From Macrostomum lignano (lineage: Eukaryota), in the NCBI GenBank assembly GCA_002269645.1, contig NIVC01002694.1, positions 62,001-126,000 on the forward strand: 64,000 nt of DNA, read 5' to 3'. The notes beneath the pieces are model-generated. The model saw only the letters and a list, made by a program, of their open reading frames with translations, ran no database searches and was not told the origin of the DNA. Below, one piece after another: positions 17,880-26,459 of this stretch (position 1 is the first letter of the stretch; each line of letters starts with the position of its first letter). Made by a program: the position numbers and the translations under genes.

Positions 17880-18300
17880 TCAAGGGCGGCGGGACACGGC
17901 GCGGCGCGCCAAGGCGGAAGGGAGAAACCGGCGCAAGAGCGCCCAAGGCGGAGACACGGCGCAGCGCGCCAAGGCAGAGACGGCGCAACGCGCCAAGGCA
18001 GGAAACGGCGCAGCGCGCCAAGGCAGGAGAACGGCGCGGCGCGCCAGGCGGAGAACGGCGCAGCGCGCCAAGGCGGGAAACGGCGCCACGCGCCAAGGCA
18101 GGAAACGGCGACAGGGCGCCACGGCAGGGGACGGCGCCACGCGCCAAGGCAGAGAACGGCGCCACGCGCCAGGCAGAGGATGGCGCTACGCGCCAAGGCA
18201 GAGGATGGCGCTACGCGCCAAAGGCAGAGGACGGCGCTACGCGCCAAGGCAGAGACGGCGCAGCGCGCCAGGCAGGGACGGCGCCACGCGCCAAAGGCAG
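17880..18300. repeat. GC-rich ~22-bp minisatellite in the element's 3' UTR
   Basis: Unit gcgccaaggcagagacggcgca with length variants. Confidence 0.9.
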
Positions 18301-18754
18301 AGAGAGCGTGCGTGCGGTGCGGTGTGTGTGTGTGTAGTGCTTACTTTTAGTTTACTTTTAGTTTACTTTTGAATATTTGAGCTAAGGCTAATGTCTTATC
18401 TACTATTTGTTTCTAGCGCCGTAGTGTATTCTATAGACTACGGCAACGCCGACCAGGTGCAGTCGGAGTTGGGTGCTGCGATATTATATATATTCTTGCG
18501 TTAGAACAATATAGTATTTATACTGTCGGCATATTATGCTAATTCTGCTAGCGTTTTATTTTTATTTTATTTATTTTAGCTATATAAATTATCAAATTGC
18601 AATGTCGCCGCAGTTTATCCCCTTGACTACGGTGGTTGGCTGTTGGCTGGTACAGCTGTGGAAGTTGTGCACACTAGTATCTGGCAGTGAGTAACAGCTG
18701 TGGCTTGTGTTTTGTGGCTTGCGGCTGGCAGATGCCGCAGGGACCTGTGACCAG

Positions 18755-18962
18755 CAGGTGCCACAGGAGGTAGTTTTACGCCTTGCCCGGGGCGTGAGCT
18801 TGCGGTCTACAGGTGCCGCAGAGACCTGTGGCTGACAGGTGCCACAGGAGGTAGTTTTACGCCTTGCCCGGGGCGTGAACTTGCGGTCTACAGGTGCCGC
18901 AGAGACCTGTGGCTGACAGGTGCCACAGGAGGTAGTTTTACGCCTTGCCCGGGGCGTGAAAA
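18755..18962. repeat. 81-bp tandem repeat (~2.6 copies) just downstream of pol
   Basis: caggtgccacaggaggtagttttacgccttgcccggggcgtga... recurs at 81-nt spacing. Confidence 0.9.
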
Positions 18963-18970
18963 ACTGGCGG

Positions 18971-21900
18971 TTAGTGTCTGCTTCCCCACTGCTGGAGCAG
19001 GTCGGACACTTGACAGGTCCGGTACCTGACAGGCGGGCGGATGGGGCGTCCGTACCTGGATCTGGGTACGTCAGCCGGGGCTGGTGGCTCAGCTGCTTGC
19101 GCAGCGACTGGATTCGCAGCAATCTCAGGTGGTTCTAATTGCTCGGAGGAAGGGTCCCCCAAGGAAGCCGTGTACAGCGACTCTGAGCTGTCTTGGCTGT
19201 GGCTGGTGTCAGTGTCTGTGCTGTCAGTGTCAGTGTCTGGTTGTGGCTGTCCCTCAATAGCTACAGCATCGCCAGCTTCGGCGAATGGTTGGCCTTCTCC
19301 CGCTTCAGCTCCCGCCCCCTCCTCAAAGGCGCCTGAAGCTGGCGGTGGTGGATTTGGCCCTGGCGCTCTGCGTGGGCTCTCTGGCCGGGCAGAGGAAGGC
19401 TGGGGAATGGTGACGAGGCTAAGCTCGCTCGCGGGTCCGCTGGGCGGGTTCACACTAGGCGCTGGAGACCTGGCATGGGTGGCCTCACCATACCGGTCAA
19501 CTACGTCTTGGTAAGTGGGCTGTCTGATGCACGGTTTGAGGCGGTCAATGTTGTAAATGTTATGGCGCGGATTTGGCACCCGATCTGCTGGGTTTAGGAG
19601 ACCATACTCGGGGACTAAACGGTAAGTCCGCTCGGAGCAGCGCTGCACTACTCGGTATGGCCCCAACCACACAGCGGGTTCTATGCCCTTGTGGTTCGGG
19701 TTCAAGACCCAGACTAACTCTCCCTCGTGGAACTCAGCGCGGAGGGCGCGGCGGTCGTAATACCTTTTCTGCCTCTCCTGGGCTTTACCCCTAGTGCGGC
19801 GGGCTAGGGCAGAGGTTTCGACTAGCGTGCGGTGCAACTGGTGGGCGTACCTCTCCGGCTGGTAGTGTTCATTTGGCGGTGGATTGTGACAGAGGTCGAG
19901 CGGTAGTTCGAACTCACGCCCGAAGAAAAGTTTGGCTGGAGTAAATCCGGTGGATTCGGCGACTGTGGCACGGATTGACAGGGCGGCCAGGCGGCTGGCA
20001 AGGGGCCAGTCGCATTGTCTCTCAAGACAGATGGCTCTAATCTGGGCTTTCACCGTCTGGATCATCCTCTCAGCTTTACCGTTAGCCTGAGGGCGACGGG
20101 CTGTGATCCGACCCATGTCAATCTGTAGGAGCCTAGTTAATTCTATCATGGTACTATTGATGAAGGCAGTTCCGTTATCAGACACCAGCTGCTCCATCAC
20201 CCCATACCTGGCAACCCATTCAGTCAGGATGGTTGTGGCAGTGGTCTCTGCGCTGACGTCGGGAACAGGGACTACTTCAACAAACCCGGTGAACCTGTCG
20301 ATCATAACCAGCAGGTACTTGTACCCGTCACACTCTTCGAACGGGCCTGCGTGGTCCACGTGGACAACCTGGTTCGGGTAGCCGGACAGTTCTGGTTGCA
20401 TAGGGGCCTTGAGCTTACGCTTTGACTTCTTAGTCTTAGCGCAAACGGTGCATTCGGCCAGGACCCCCTTGACTATAGTATCTAAGTCGGAAATAACGAA
20501 GCGCGCCTTCAGGGCGGCCATCGTCTTGGTGATACCGCAATGGTTCAACTGGCCATGATACTGAAGGACCAGATGACCGACGTCTGCGGTCTCAGGCACC
20601 ACCAGGCGCCTGTTGGCAGTCTTGGCTTTGGAGGATTTGGCTAAGTACAATAGACCCTCGACTACTTCAAGGTCATTGAATTGAGCCCAGAGTGAGCGCA
20701 TTTCCCGGCTACAACCCTGCAGTTCGGCCTTGGACAATGGCTCAGTCTTACACTGGACACTGGCGATTAGGCGCGCCATGTCAACACAGGAGTCCTGGGC
20801 ATTCTGGGCCCAGATGAGCTCAGGTGGCACTTGGGATTCGGTTTCAGGTTGACGGGATTCAGTCTCTGGGCTAGGAACAGCACCGCTAGCAGTAGCGCGG
20901 ACATTCGGCGTTGGTTCAGCCGGGGCATCTGTGTCAGTCTGACACGCTACGCTAATGCCTATGGTCTGGACGCACACCTGACGCAGTTCTCTAGAGGGGG
21001 GCGTACGCCGGTGCTTTGGGTCTTGGTCCAGGAATTTCCCTTTAAATTCCGGAATCTGGCTGCACGTCGGGCAGTCAAAGTGATCGGCTCTGAATTTTGG
21101 CAGTCTACTAAGAGCGTCAGCAGGCACGTGGTCAACGCCTGGACGGTACTGGACTGTGAAATCGTATTCGGCTATTCGTTCTAGAGTGGACTGCTGGACC
21201 TTCAGCGGGTACAGTTCAATGGTGGCAAGCCATTGGGCCAGCATACCAGTGGCATGCTTCTTAGAATGCAGCCATTTGAGCGCGGCCGCGTCCACCCGGA
21301 CAGTGAAAGGCTTGTCTAATAGATAAGGACGGAAATGCTCGAGCATCAGAACGAGCCCTAGCAACTCCCTCATGGTGGCGCAGTAGTTTCTCTGGCTACT
21401 GTTGAATTTTTTGGATGCGTAAGCTATAACTTGCTCTTGGCCATCTGGCCCGAGCTGGTACAGCACACCCCCAGTGCCGTCAAGCGAGCTATCGCAGTCC
21501 AAAATAAATTCGCGCCCTTTGGCAGAGAGGTCTGGATACGCCAGAATCGGTGGTGAACAGAGGCTATGTTTGAGTTCTTGGAAAGCCCGTTCATGATGCG
21601 GTTGCCATAGAAACGGAGCATCCTTTTTGGCTAAGGCATACAAAGGCGTGGCGATGATTGAGAATCGCGGCACGAATTTCCGGTAATAATTCGCAAATCC
21701 CAAGAATGATAGAAGCTGTTTCTTAGAAAGCGGTTTAGGCCAGTCTTGGACAGCCTGAGTCTTCGCTGGGTCAGCCTCAATGCCCCGGCTAGACACAACG
21801 AACCCCAGGAATGCGACCTTGTCCTTAAACAGCTCACACTTAGACGGCTTAATTTTGAGACCGGCTTTTCTAAGCTGCCAGAGGACCAGCGCGAGATGCG

Positions 21901-22945
21901 CGATCATTTGGTCGTTGTTGACAGCCTTAATGATAATGTCGTCTAAATAGATGAGGCTGACCTTCATCAGGAGAGGTCTAAACACCTTGTGCATCAGTTT
22001 CGCGAAATTGGCAGGTGCCGTCTTGATCCCGAATGGTACTACCTTCCAGCGGAAGGTGCCTTGGGGGCAGGCAAAGGCGGTGTAATCTCTAGCCTCCTCT
22101 TTGATCCCTACCTGCCAGTACGCGGAGGTCAGGTCAAGGCTAGAGAATACAGTGGCCCCGGCAAGGCTGTCAAAAGATTCTTCTATGAGTGGCAGAGGGA
22201 AGCTACACGGCTTGATGAGCTTATTGACGGCCCTATAGTCTATGCAAAGGCGTTGAGTGCCGTCCTTCTTCTTGACCAGAACGATAGGCGACACCCAGTC
22301 AGAGTCACACTCCTCAATGACCCCCTGTTCGAGCATCTGCGCTATGTTCTGGTCTAAGAATTCTTTTTGTGCTGGCGTGGTGCGCCTGTATGGTTGCGCA
22401 ACAGGCTTGGCCTTAGGATCTATTAACTCTATGCCCATCTCGTGTAAATTGGTGTGGCCTAAATCTGCGTTTGATCTAGAAATTTGGCTATTGAAGTAGT
22501 TGAGCAGTTTCAAAACGGTGGCGAGTTGGCCCCTAGACAATTTGGCTTGGTCTAGTTGGAACTGCGTTGTCAGCCATTTGGCTAACTCCCTACTAGGCGG
22601 CGGCAGCTTACTGAGTTGGCTGGTGAGGTTAGCTACATTGTCCAGGCTAAAGTCAGACTCCTTCAGGGTCGTCTGAGCTATGACCTCATGACTATCTAAT
22701 TCCTGGAATGAGGCAATTTCTTGCCCCCTAGTTATCTGAATAGGCTGTTCCCCACTGTTGAGCACGCGCACTAGTATGTGGTTAGTATCGCTAACTGAGT
22801 CTAGAGTCTTGGCTACCAACTGTTCGGTCTCTGGTCCGAGGATCCGGGACATGACTATACCGGAGGTGTACGGCGAAGAGTCGAGGACACGACTGGGGAT
22901 CAAGGTTTCCGAGTGCGGGGGCAATTCTACGGTGCCGGCGGCCAT
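18971..22945 (-). CDS. pol: Pol polyprotein (dUTPase-like N-terminus, reverse transcriptase, RNase H, integrase; no protease, no chromodomain)
   Basis: RT motifs SPIVLVKKKDG, LCIDYR, YLDD; RNase H CDSS...YASK...RELL; integrase HHCC, VDHAGP, SDNG, AER and GPY. ATG at 22945 (the ORF-track start at 22948 is GTG). Confidence 0.97.
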   Translation of the reverse strand: MAAGTVELPPHSETLIPSRVLDSSPYTSGIVMSRILGPETEQLVAKTLDSVSDTNHILVRVLNSGEQPIQITRGQEIASFQELDSHEVIAQTTLKESDFSLDNVANLTSQLSKLPPPSRELAKWLTTQFQLDQAKLSRGQLATVLKLLNYFNSQISRSNADLGHTNLHEMGIELIDPKAKPVAQPYRRTTPAQKEFLDQNIAQMLEQGVIEECDSDWVSPIVLVKKKDGTQRLCIDYRAVNKLIKPCSFPLPLIEESFDSLAGATVFSSLDLTSAYWQVGIKEEARDYTAFACPQGTFRWKVVPFGIKTAPANFAKLMHKVFRPLLMKVSLIYLDDIIIKAVNNDQMIAHLALVLWQLRKAGLKIKPSKCELFKDKVAFLGFVVSSRGIEADPAKTQAVQDWPKPLSKKQLLSFLGFANYYRKFVPRFSIIATPLYALAKKDAPFLWQPHHERAFQELKHSLCSPPILAYPDLSAKGREFILDCDSSLDGTGGVLYQLGPDGQEQVIAYASKKFNSSQRNYCATMRELLGLVLMLEHFRPYLLDKPFTVRVDAAALKWLHSKKHATGMLAQWLATIELYPLKVQQSTLERIAEYDFTVQYRPGVDHVPADALSRLPKFRADHFDCPTCSQIPEFKGKFLDQDPKHRRTPPSRELRQVCVQTIGISVACQTDTDAPAEPTPNVRATASGAVPSPETESRQPETESQVPPELIWAQNAQDSCVDMARLIASVQCKTEPLSKAELQGCSREMRSLWAQFNDLEVVEGLLYLAKSSKAKTANRRLVVPETADVGHLVLQYHGQLNHCGITKTMAALKARFVISDLDTIVKGVLAECTVCAKTKKSKRKLKAPMQPELSGYPNQVVHVDHAGPFEECDGYKYLLVMIDRFTGFVEVVPVPDVSAETTATTILTEWVARYGVMEQLVSDNGTAFINSTMIELTRLLQIDMGRITARRPQANGKAERMIQTVKAQIRAICLERQCDWPLASRLAALSIRATVAESTGFTPAKLFFGREFELPLDLCHNPPPNEHYQPERYAHQLHRTLVETSALARRTRGKAQERQKRYYDRRALRAEFHEGELVWVLNPNHKGIEPAVWLGPYRVVQRCSERTYRLVPEYGLLNPADRVPNPRHNIYNIDRLKPCIRQPTYQDVVDRYGEATHARSPAPSVNPPSGPASELSLVTIPQPSSARPESPRRAPGPNPPPPASGAFEEGAGAEAGEGQPFAEAGDAVAIEGQPQPDTDTDSTDTDTSHSQDSSESLYTASLGDPSSEQLEPPEIAANPVAAQAAEPPAPADVPRSRYGRPIRPPVRYRTCQVSDLLQQWGSRH

Positions 22946-24735
22946 CACTCGTCGAGTTGGAAAATCCCCTTGTCCCCCTCAATGACTGGTACCGACACCC
23001 CTGCTACTAAAGCTCGGCCAGAGTTGAAGTCTAGCAGCATCTCGAAGCTGCGCAGGAAATCCATGCCTAACAGGGCTTCCGTGGTACAGTAAGCAGTGAC
23101 TAGGAATACATGTTGTTTAGTCGTATTACCTAAGTTGATTTCGCAGCGTAGCGACCCTAGGATGTCTACCTGAGAGCCGCCGAAGGCGGTGGCACGCTGC
23201 TTATTGGCACTAGGCGTGAATATGTTATTGACGGGGTCAGCTGCGACCAGTTTGGCTTTCACGTCAGCACCCATGATGCTGGCATTGGCGCCTGAGTCTA
23301 GACAGGCCAGAACTTTAGAGTCTCCTACTCCTAGCTGCACGAAATAGCTAGACTCAAAGGTGTCAGCTGTGTACCCCCCTTGTCGGCATTGTGGATCACT
23401 GTCCCCTGGCTGAGGTTGCACATTACAGGCCTTGTCGTGCTGGCGCCCGGGGTCGACCTGGCGCTGGAATTTCACCCTAGTCCCCCTAAGGCGGTGCTGC
23501 TCGACTAGGCTACGCAGGCTGGGAGACAGTTGGCTAATGTGAACGAACAATTTCTCTGGCAGGTGCTCAGATTGGATGAACCCGTAATTCTGAGACCATG
23601 TGGCAATGGTTCCTAGTTCAGTCGTGACTTTTCCACGGCTGGGCTGCTGATTTTGGCTCCCCCGGGGCTGCTTTGGCGACTGTGGCCTCGGCGAGGGCGA
23701 TGGACAGTCAGCGATCAGGTGATCGGTCTGGCCGCATCGATGGCAAGCCCGCGGAGGGCGAGGAGCTGGCCTAGGTTGTCTATAGGTTTGGCTAACTTGT
23801 GGTGGGCCCCCAGTGGGCTCTGTGCGAGCGGGCCCCTGATTGGTAGTGACAGGCGGAGTGGTCTGGCTTAATCTATTGGCTTGGTCGGTCACCATCTTCT
23901 CAAGCTCAGCGACCCTCTGTTCTAACGCTTTCTTCTCAGCGTCAGGTTCTATGGCACGAACCTTGGCTATAGTAGAAGGCACGTTCAGAAGCTGGCGGAC
24001 CCCGACAAGATCTTTGGCCTTCTGCATCAGCTCTTCTGCAGAGGTGGCACTGTCGGTTTCCTGATCCCATAAGAGGAGCTTTTCGGCGAGGTCCTTATCC
24101 CTCAGCCCATGGCAGAATCTGGCCTTGAGTAGGGGCTTCGCTTCAGCGAGCGAGAGACCCGCTAGTCTAGAATAGGAGACCAGTCTGTCGAAGAAATCAG
24201 ACATCTGCTCATTATGAGATTGGGCGGCAGCAACTAATTCTACGTAGGCCTTGTCCTTCTTCTTGGCATCGGTGTACCTTTCCCTGAGCAGCCGAAGCGC
24301 AGATTCGAAAGGCAACTGGTCACACCGGTAATTAAGATATACCTCTTGGCATTCGGCTGACAGCAAAGATACGAGAATGGCGGACTTCTGGTCCTCAGGA
24401 ACGCGGCAAGTGGCTAGATACGAAGTAAGCTGAGCTTCCCACGTATCAAAGTTCATCTTCGGCTGATAAGCGATTGGAGGGCGAAGGCGTATGTCTGGCT
24501 TCGCAGGCGGCGAGGAATTTGGCGCTAATGGCGAGGAAACAGCGAGACGCTCTTCGAGCATCCGGTGAAGAGAGGCTAAGGTTTGAGTCAACAAGAGTTG
24601 CTCACTAGGAGCTGGCGCGGCGGCAGCAGCTGCGCCTGCTGGCTGCTCGCCGGCATCGACTGCGTCCTGATCTGGCACGGCGGCATCTCCGTCAGCCAAT
24701 GACGCTGCGGCATGGTTGTCCCCGTTGTCGGACAT
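22945..24735 (-). CDS. gag: Gag-protease (capsid-like region, CCHC knuckle, cold-shock domain, aspartic protease)
   Basis: ATG start; CHRCGQTDHLIADC (23704-23745); GTIATWSQNYGFI...LFVHIS (23413-23619); protease LDSGA (23290-23301) and LLGMDFL. Confidence 0.95.
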   Translation of the reverse strand: MSDNGDNHAAASLADGDAAVPDQDAVDAGEQPAGAAAAAAPAPSEQLLLTQTLASLHRMLEERLAVSSPLAPNSSPPAKPDIRLRPPIAYQPKMNFDTWEAQLTSYLATCRVPEDQKSAILVSLLSAECQEVYLNYRCDQLPFESALRLLRERYTDAKKKDKAYVELVAAAQSHNEQMSDFFDRLVSYSRLAGLSLAEAKPLLKARFCHGLRDKDLAEKLLLWDQETDSATSAEELMQKAKDLVGVRQLLNVPSTIAKVRAIEPDAEKKALEQRVAELEKMVTDQANRLSQTTPPVTTNQGPARTEPTGGPPQVSQTYRQPRPAPRPPRACHRCGQTDHLIADCPSPSPRPQSPKQPRGSQNQQPSRGKVTTELGTIATWSQNYGFIQSEHLPEKLFVHISQLSPSLRSLVEQHRLRGTRVKFQRQVDPGRQHDKACNVQPQPGDSDPQCRQGGYTADTFESSYFVQLGVGDSKVLACLDSGANASIMGADVKAKLVAADPVNNIFTPSANKQRATAFGGSQVDILGSLRCEINLGNTTKQHVFLVTAYCTTEALLGMDFLRSFEMLLDFNSGRALVAGVSVPVIEGDKGIFQLDE

Positions 24736-25126
24736 TGTGTAAGGTTGAGTGAGACAAATGAATCAAGCGTGAACGAAAATAAGGCTCCAGAGAAAACGAA
24801 TTGAGGTTGATGACGCGAGAGAGACGAGAGAGATTGCGTCCTACTAACAAAATACGTGCCTGACAGGGGCAAACCGCAAAAAGCCTATAATAGGGGAGAG
24901 TCCTATCACGCAAACCACCCAGACTAACTGTCAGGCAATAGTCCCTACAAACAATCAGCGCACAGCGTAACCTGGCGTGGCTTGGCACACGCAGCGGAGC
25001 TATCTTGGCAGAGCGTAAGCTCGAGCTCAACGCAGTTGACAGCGCGCGTTGCTCAGGGCGACGACCAGCGACGACTCGCGGCGACGAGCGAAGACCGGCC
25101 GAGCAGTCAGGACCCCTGGGCCTGAC

Positions 25127-25620
25127 GTGGCACAGGCTCTCGCAGCCTTGCGGACCGAACCTCAGGCGTGGCACAGGCTCTCGTAGCCTTGCGGACCGAA
25201 CCTCAGGCGTGGCACAGGCTCTCGTAGCCTTGCGGACCGAACCTCAGGCGTGGCACAGGCTCTCGCAGCCTTGCGGACCGTCAGGCAGAAACGTGGCAGG
25301 CCGGCACTCAGTCACGAGCCGGCAGAGCTGAGCAGAATCTTGCTGACGCTTGGTTGCGAGCTGGCAGGGCTGAGCAGAAGTCTTGATGGCGCTGATTACG
25401 AGCTGGCAGGGCTGAGCAGAAGTCTTGATGGCACTGACTTAGTTGCGAGCCGGCAGTGCTGAGTAGGAGTCTCGGTGGTGCTGACTTAGTTGCGAGCCGG
25501 CAGTGCTGAGTAGGAGTCTCGGTGGTGCTGACTTAGTTGCGAGCCGGCAGTGCTGAGTAGGAGTCTCGGTGGTGCTGACTTAGTTGCGAGCCGGCAGTGC
25601 TGAGTAGGAATCTCGGTGGG
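25127..25620. repeat. Tandem arrays (41-bp, 42-bp and 47-bp units) in the element's 5' leader
   Basis: 41-bp cgtggcacaggctctcgtagccttgcggaccgaacctcagg about 4 times; 47-bp gacttagttgcgagccggcagtgctgagtaggagtctcggtggtgct 4 times from 25436. Confidence 0.93.
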
Positions 25621-25627
25621 ACCTCCA
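25609..25627 (-). promoter_or_regulatory. Primer-binding site, tRNA-Gln
   Basis: TGGAGGTCCCACCGAGATT is complementary to the metazoan tRNA-Gln 3' end (...AATCTCGGTGGGACCTCCA, recalled); it lies 6 nt from the 5' LTR. Confidence 0.88.
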
Positions 25628-25633
25628 AAATTA

Positions 25634-26459
25634 TGTCACGTTATTGGCGTAGCGGCCAGCTATGCGGTGACCCTTAAAAGGGCCGTTTTAGTCCCAAAAT
25701 AAGTTGAAGTCAATTCTTGTAAAGCGGATTTTGTAGCGGAGCACTTGGCGATAAAGGCAGGAACTGCCGTAGTTGTCTTTATTGTTAATATCAGTATTAA
25801 GTTGGTTGTTACTGGCAATAAACAGACTATAGCTTTCTGGGCACTGGCGGCTGCAGCAATGGGTTGAATATAATTTGGATATGAAGTCAAGTGGCAGGCG
25901 AATGACACAATGGCGACGTGACGTGAGCAGTGGCTATGAGCACCGTGAAGGCAGTGAAACGTAGTGGTGAGTAGGCGTCGGTCGTGGCGTGAAACAGTCA
26001 AGTAAGTGTGTGAGCAGGCTGGCCCAGACAGAAGGGCCGTGGTGAGAAATAAGGAGGCTCGAGGCAGCCAGACAAACAGATAAGACAGCTAAGAGGCCGC
26101 AGGGAAGGAAACAAGGAACAGGCGGGGAGAGACGAAAAAGGGTGAGGGGTGCCCGCCGCCAGGCGGGGGGTTTAATAAAAGAGCGCAGAGGGGGTAGCGC
26201 GAGCACGAGTGATTTCATTGGCTGGCGAGAGAACTTAAAATTATCGATCGTGCCAATTTTATACGGTTGCGAGAGAGGATAGCAAAATATACAATGAATT
26301 ATAAATTGCCACAAAATCGTTGGGCACTACTACAAGTAAACGTCGCAATAAACGAATGGAAAAGTTTAGTTGAAACGGTGAAACTGAAGGGTTGAATGAC
26401 TATGGAGAACAGCAGTCCAACGGCCCTTTTCGGGACCACCTTAAACTGACAACGTCACA
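25634..26459 (-). repeat. 5' LTR
   Basis: Direct repeat of 16580-17405; the minus strand carries a CCAAT box, a TATA-like motif and AATAAA. Confidence 0.97.

Larger units (their letters stand above)
16580..26459 (-). mobile_element. Full-length, recently inserted Ty3/gypsy LTR retrotransposon
   Basis: Two 826-bp TG...CA LTRs, 4-bp TSD GTAG (16576-16579 and 26460-26463), PBS, PPT, and intact gag-PR and RT-RH-IN ORFs in gypsy order. Confidence 0.98.
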
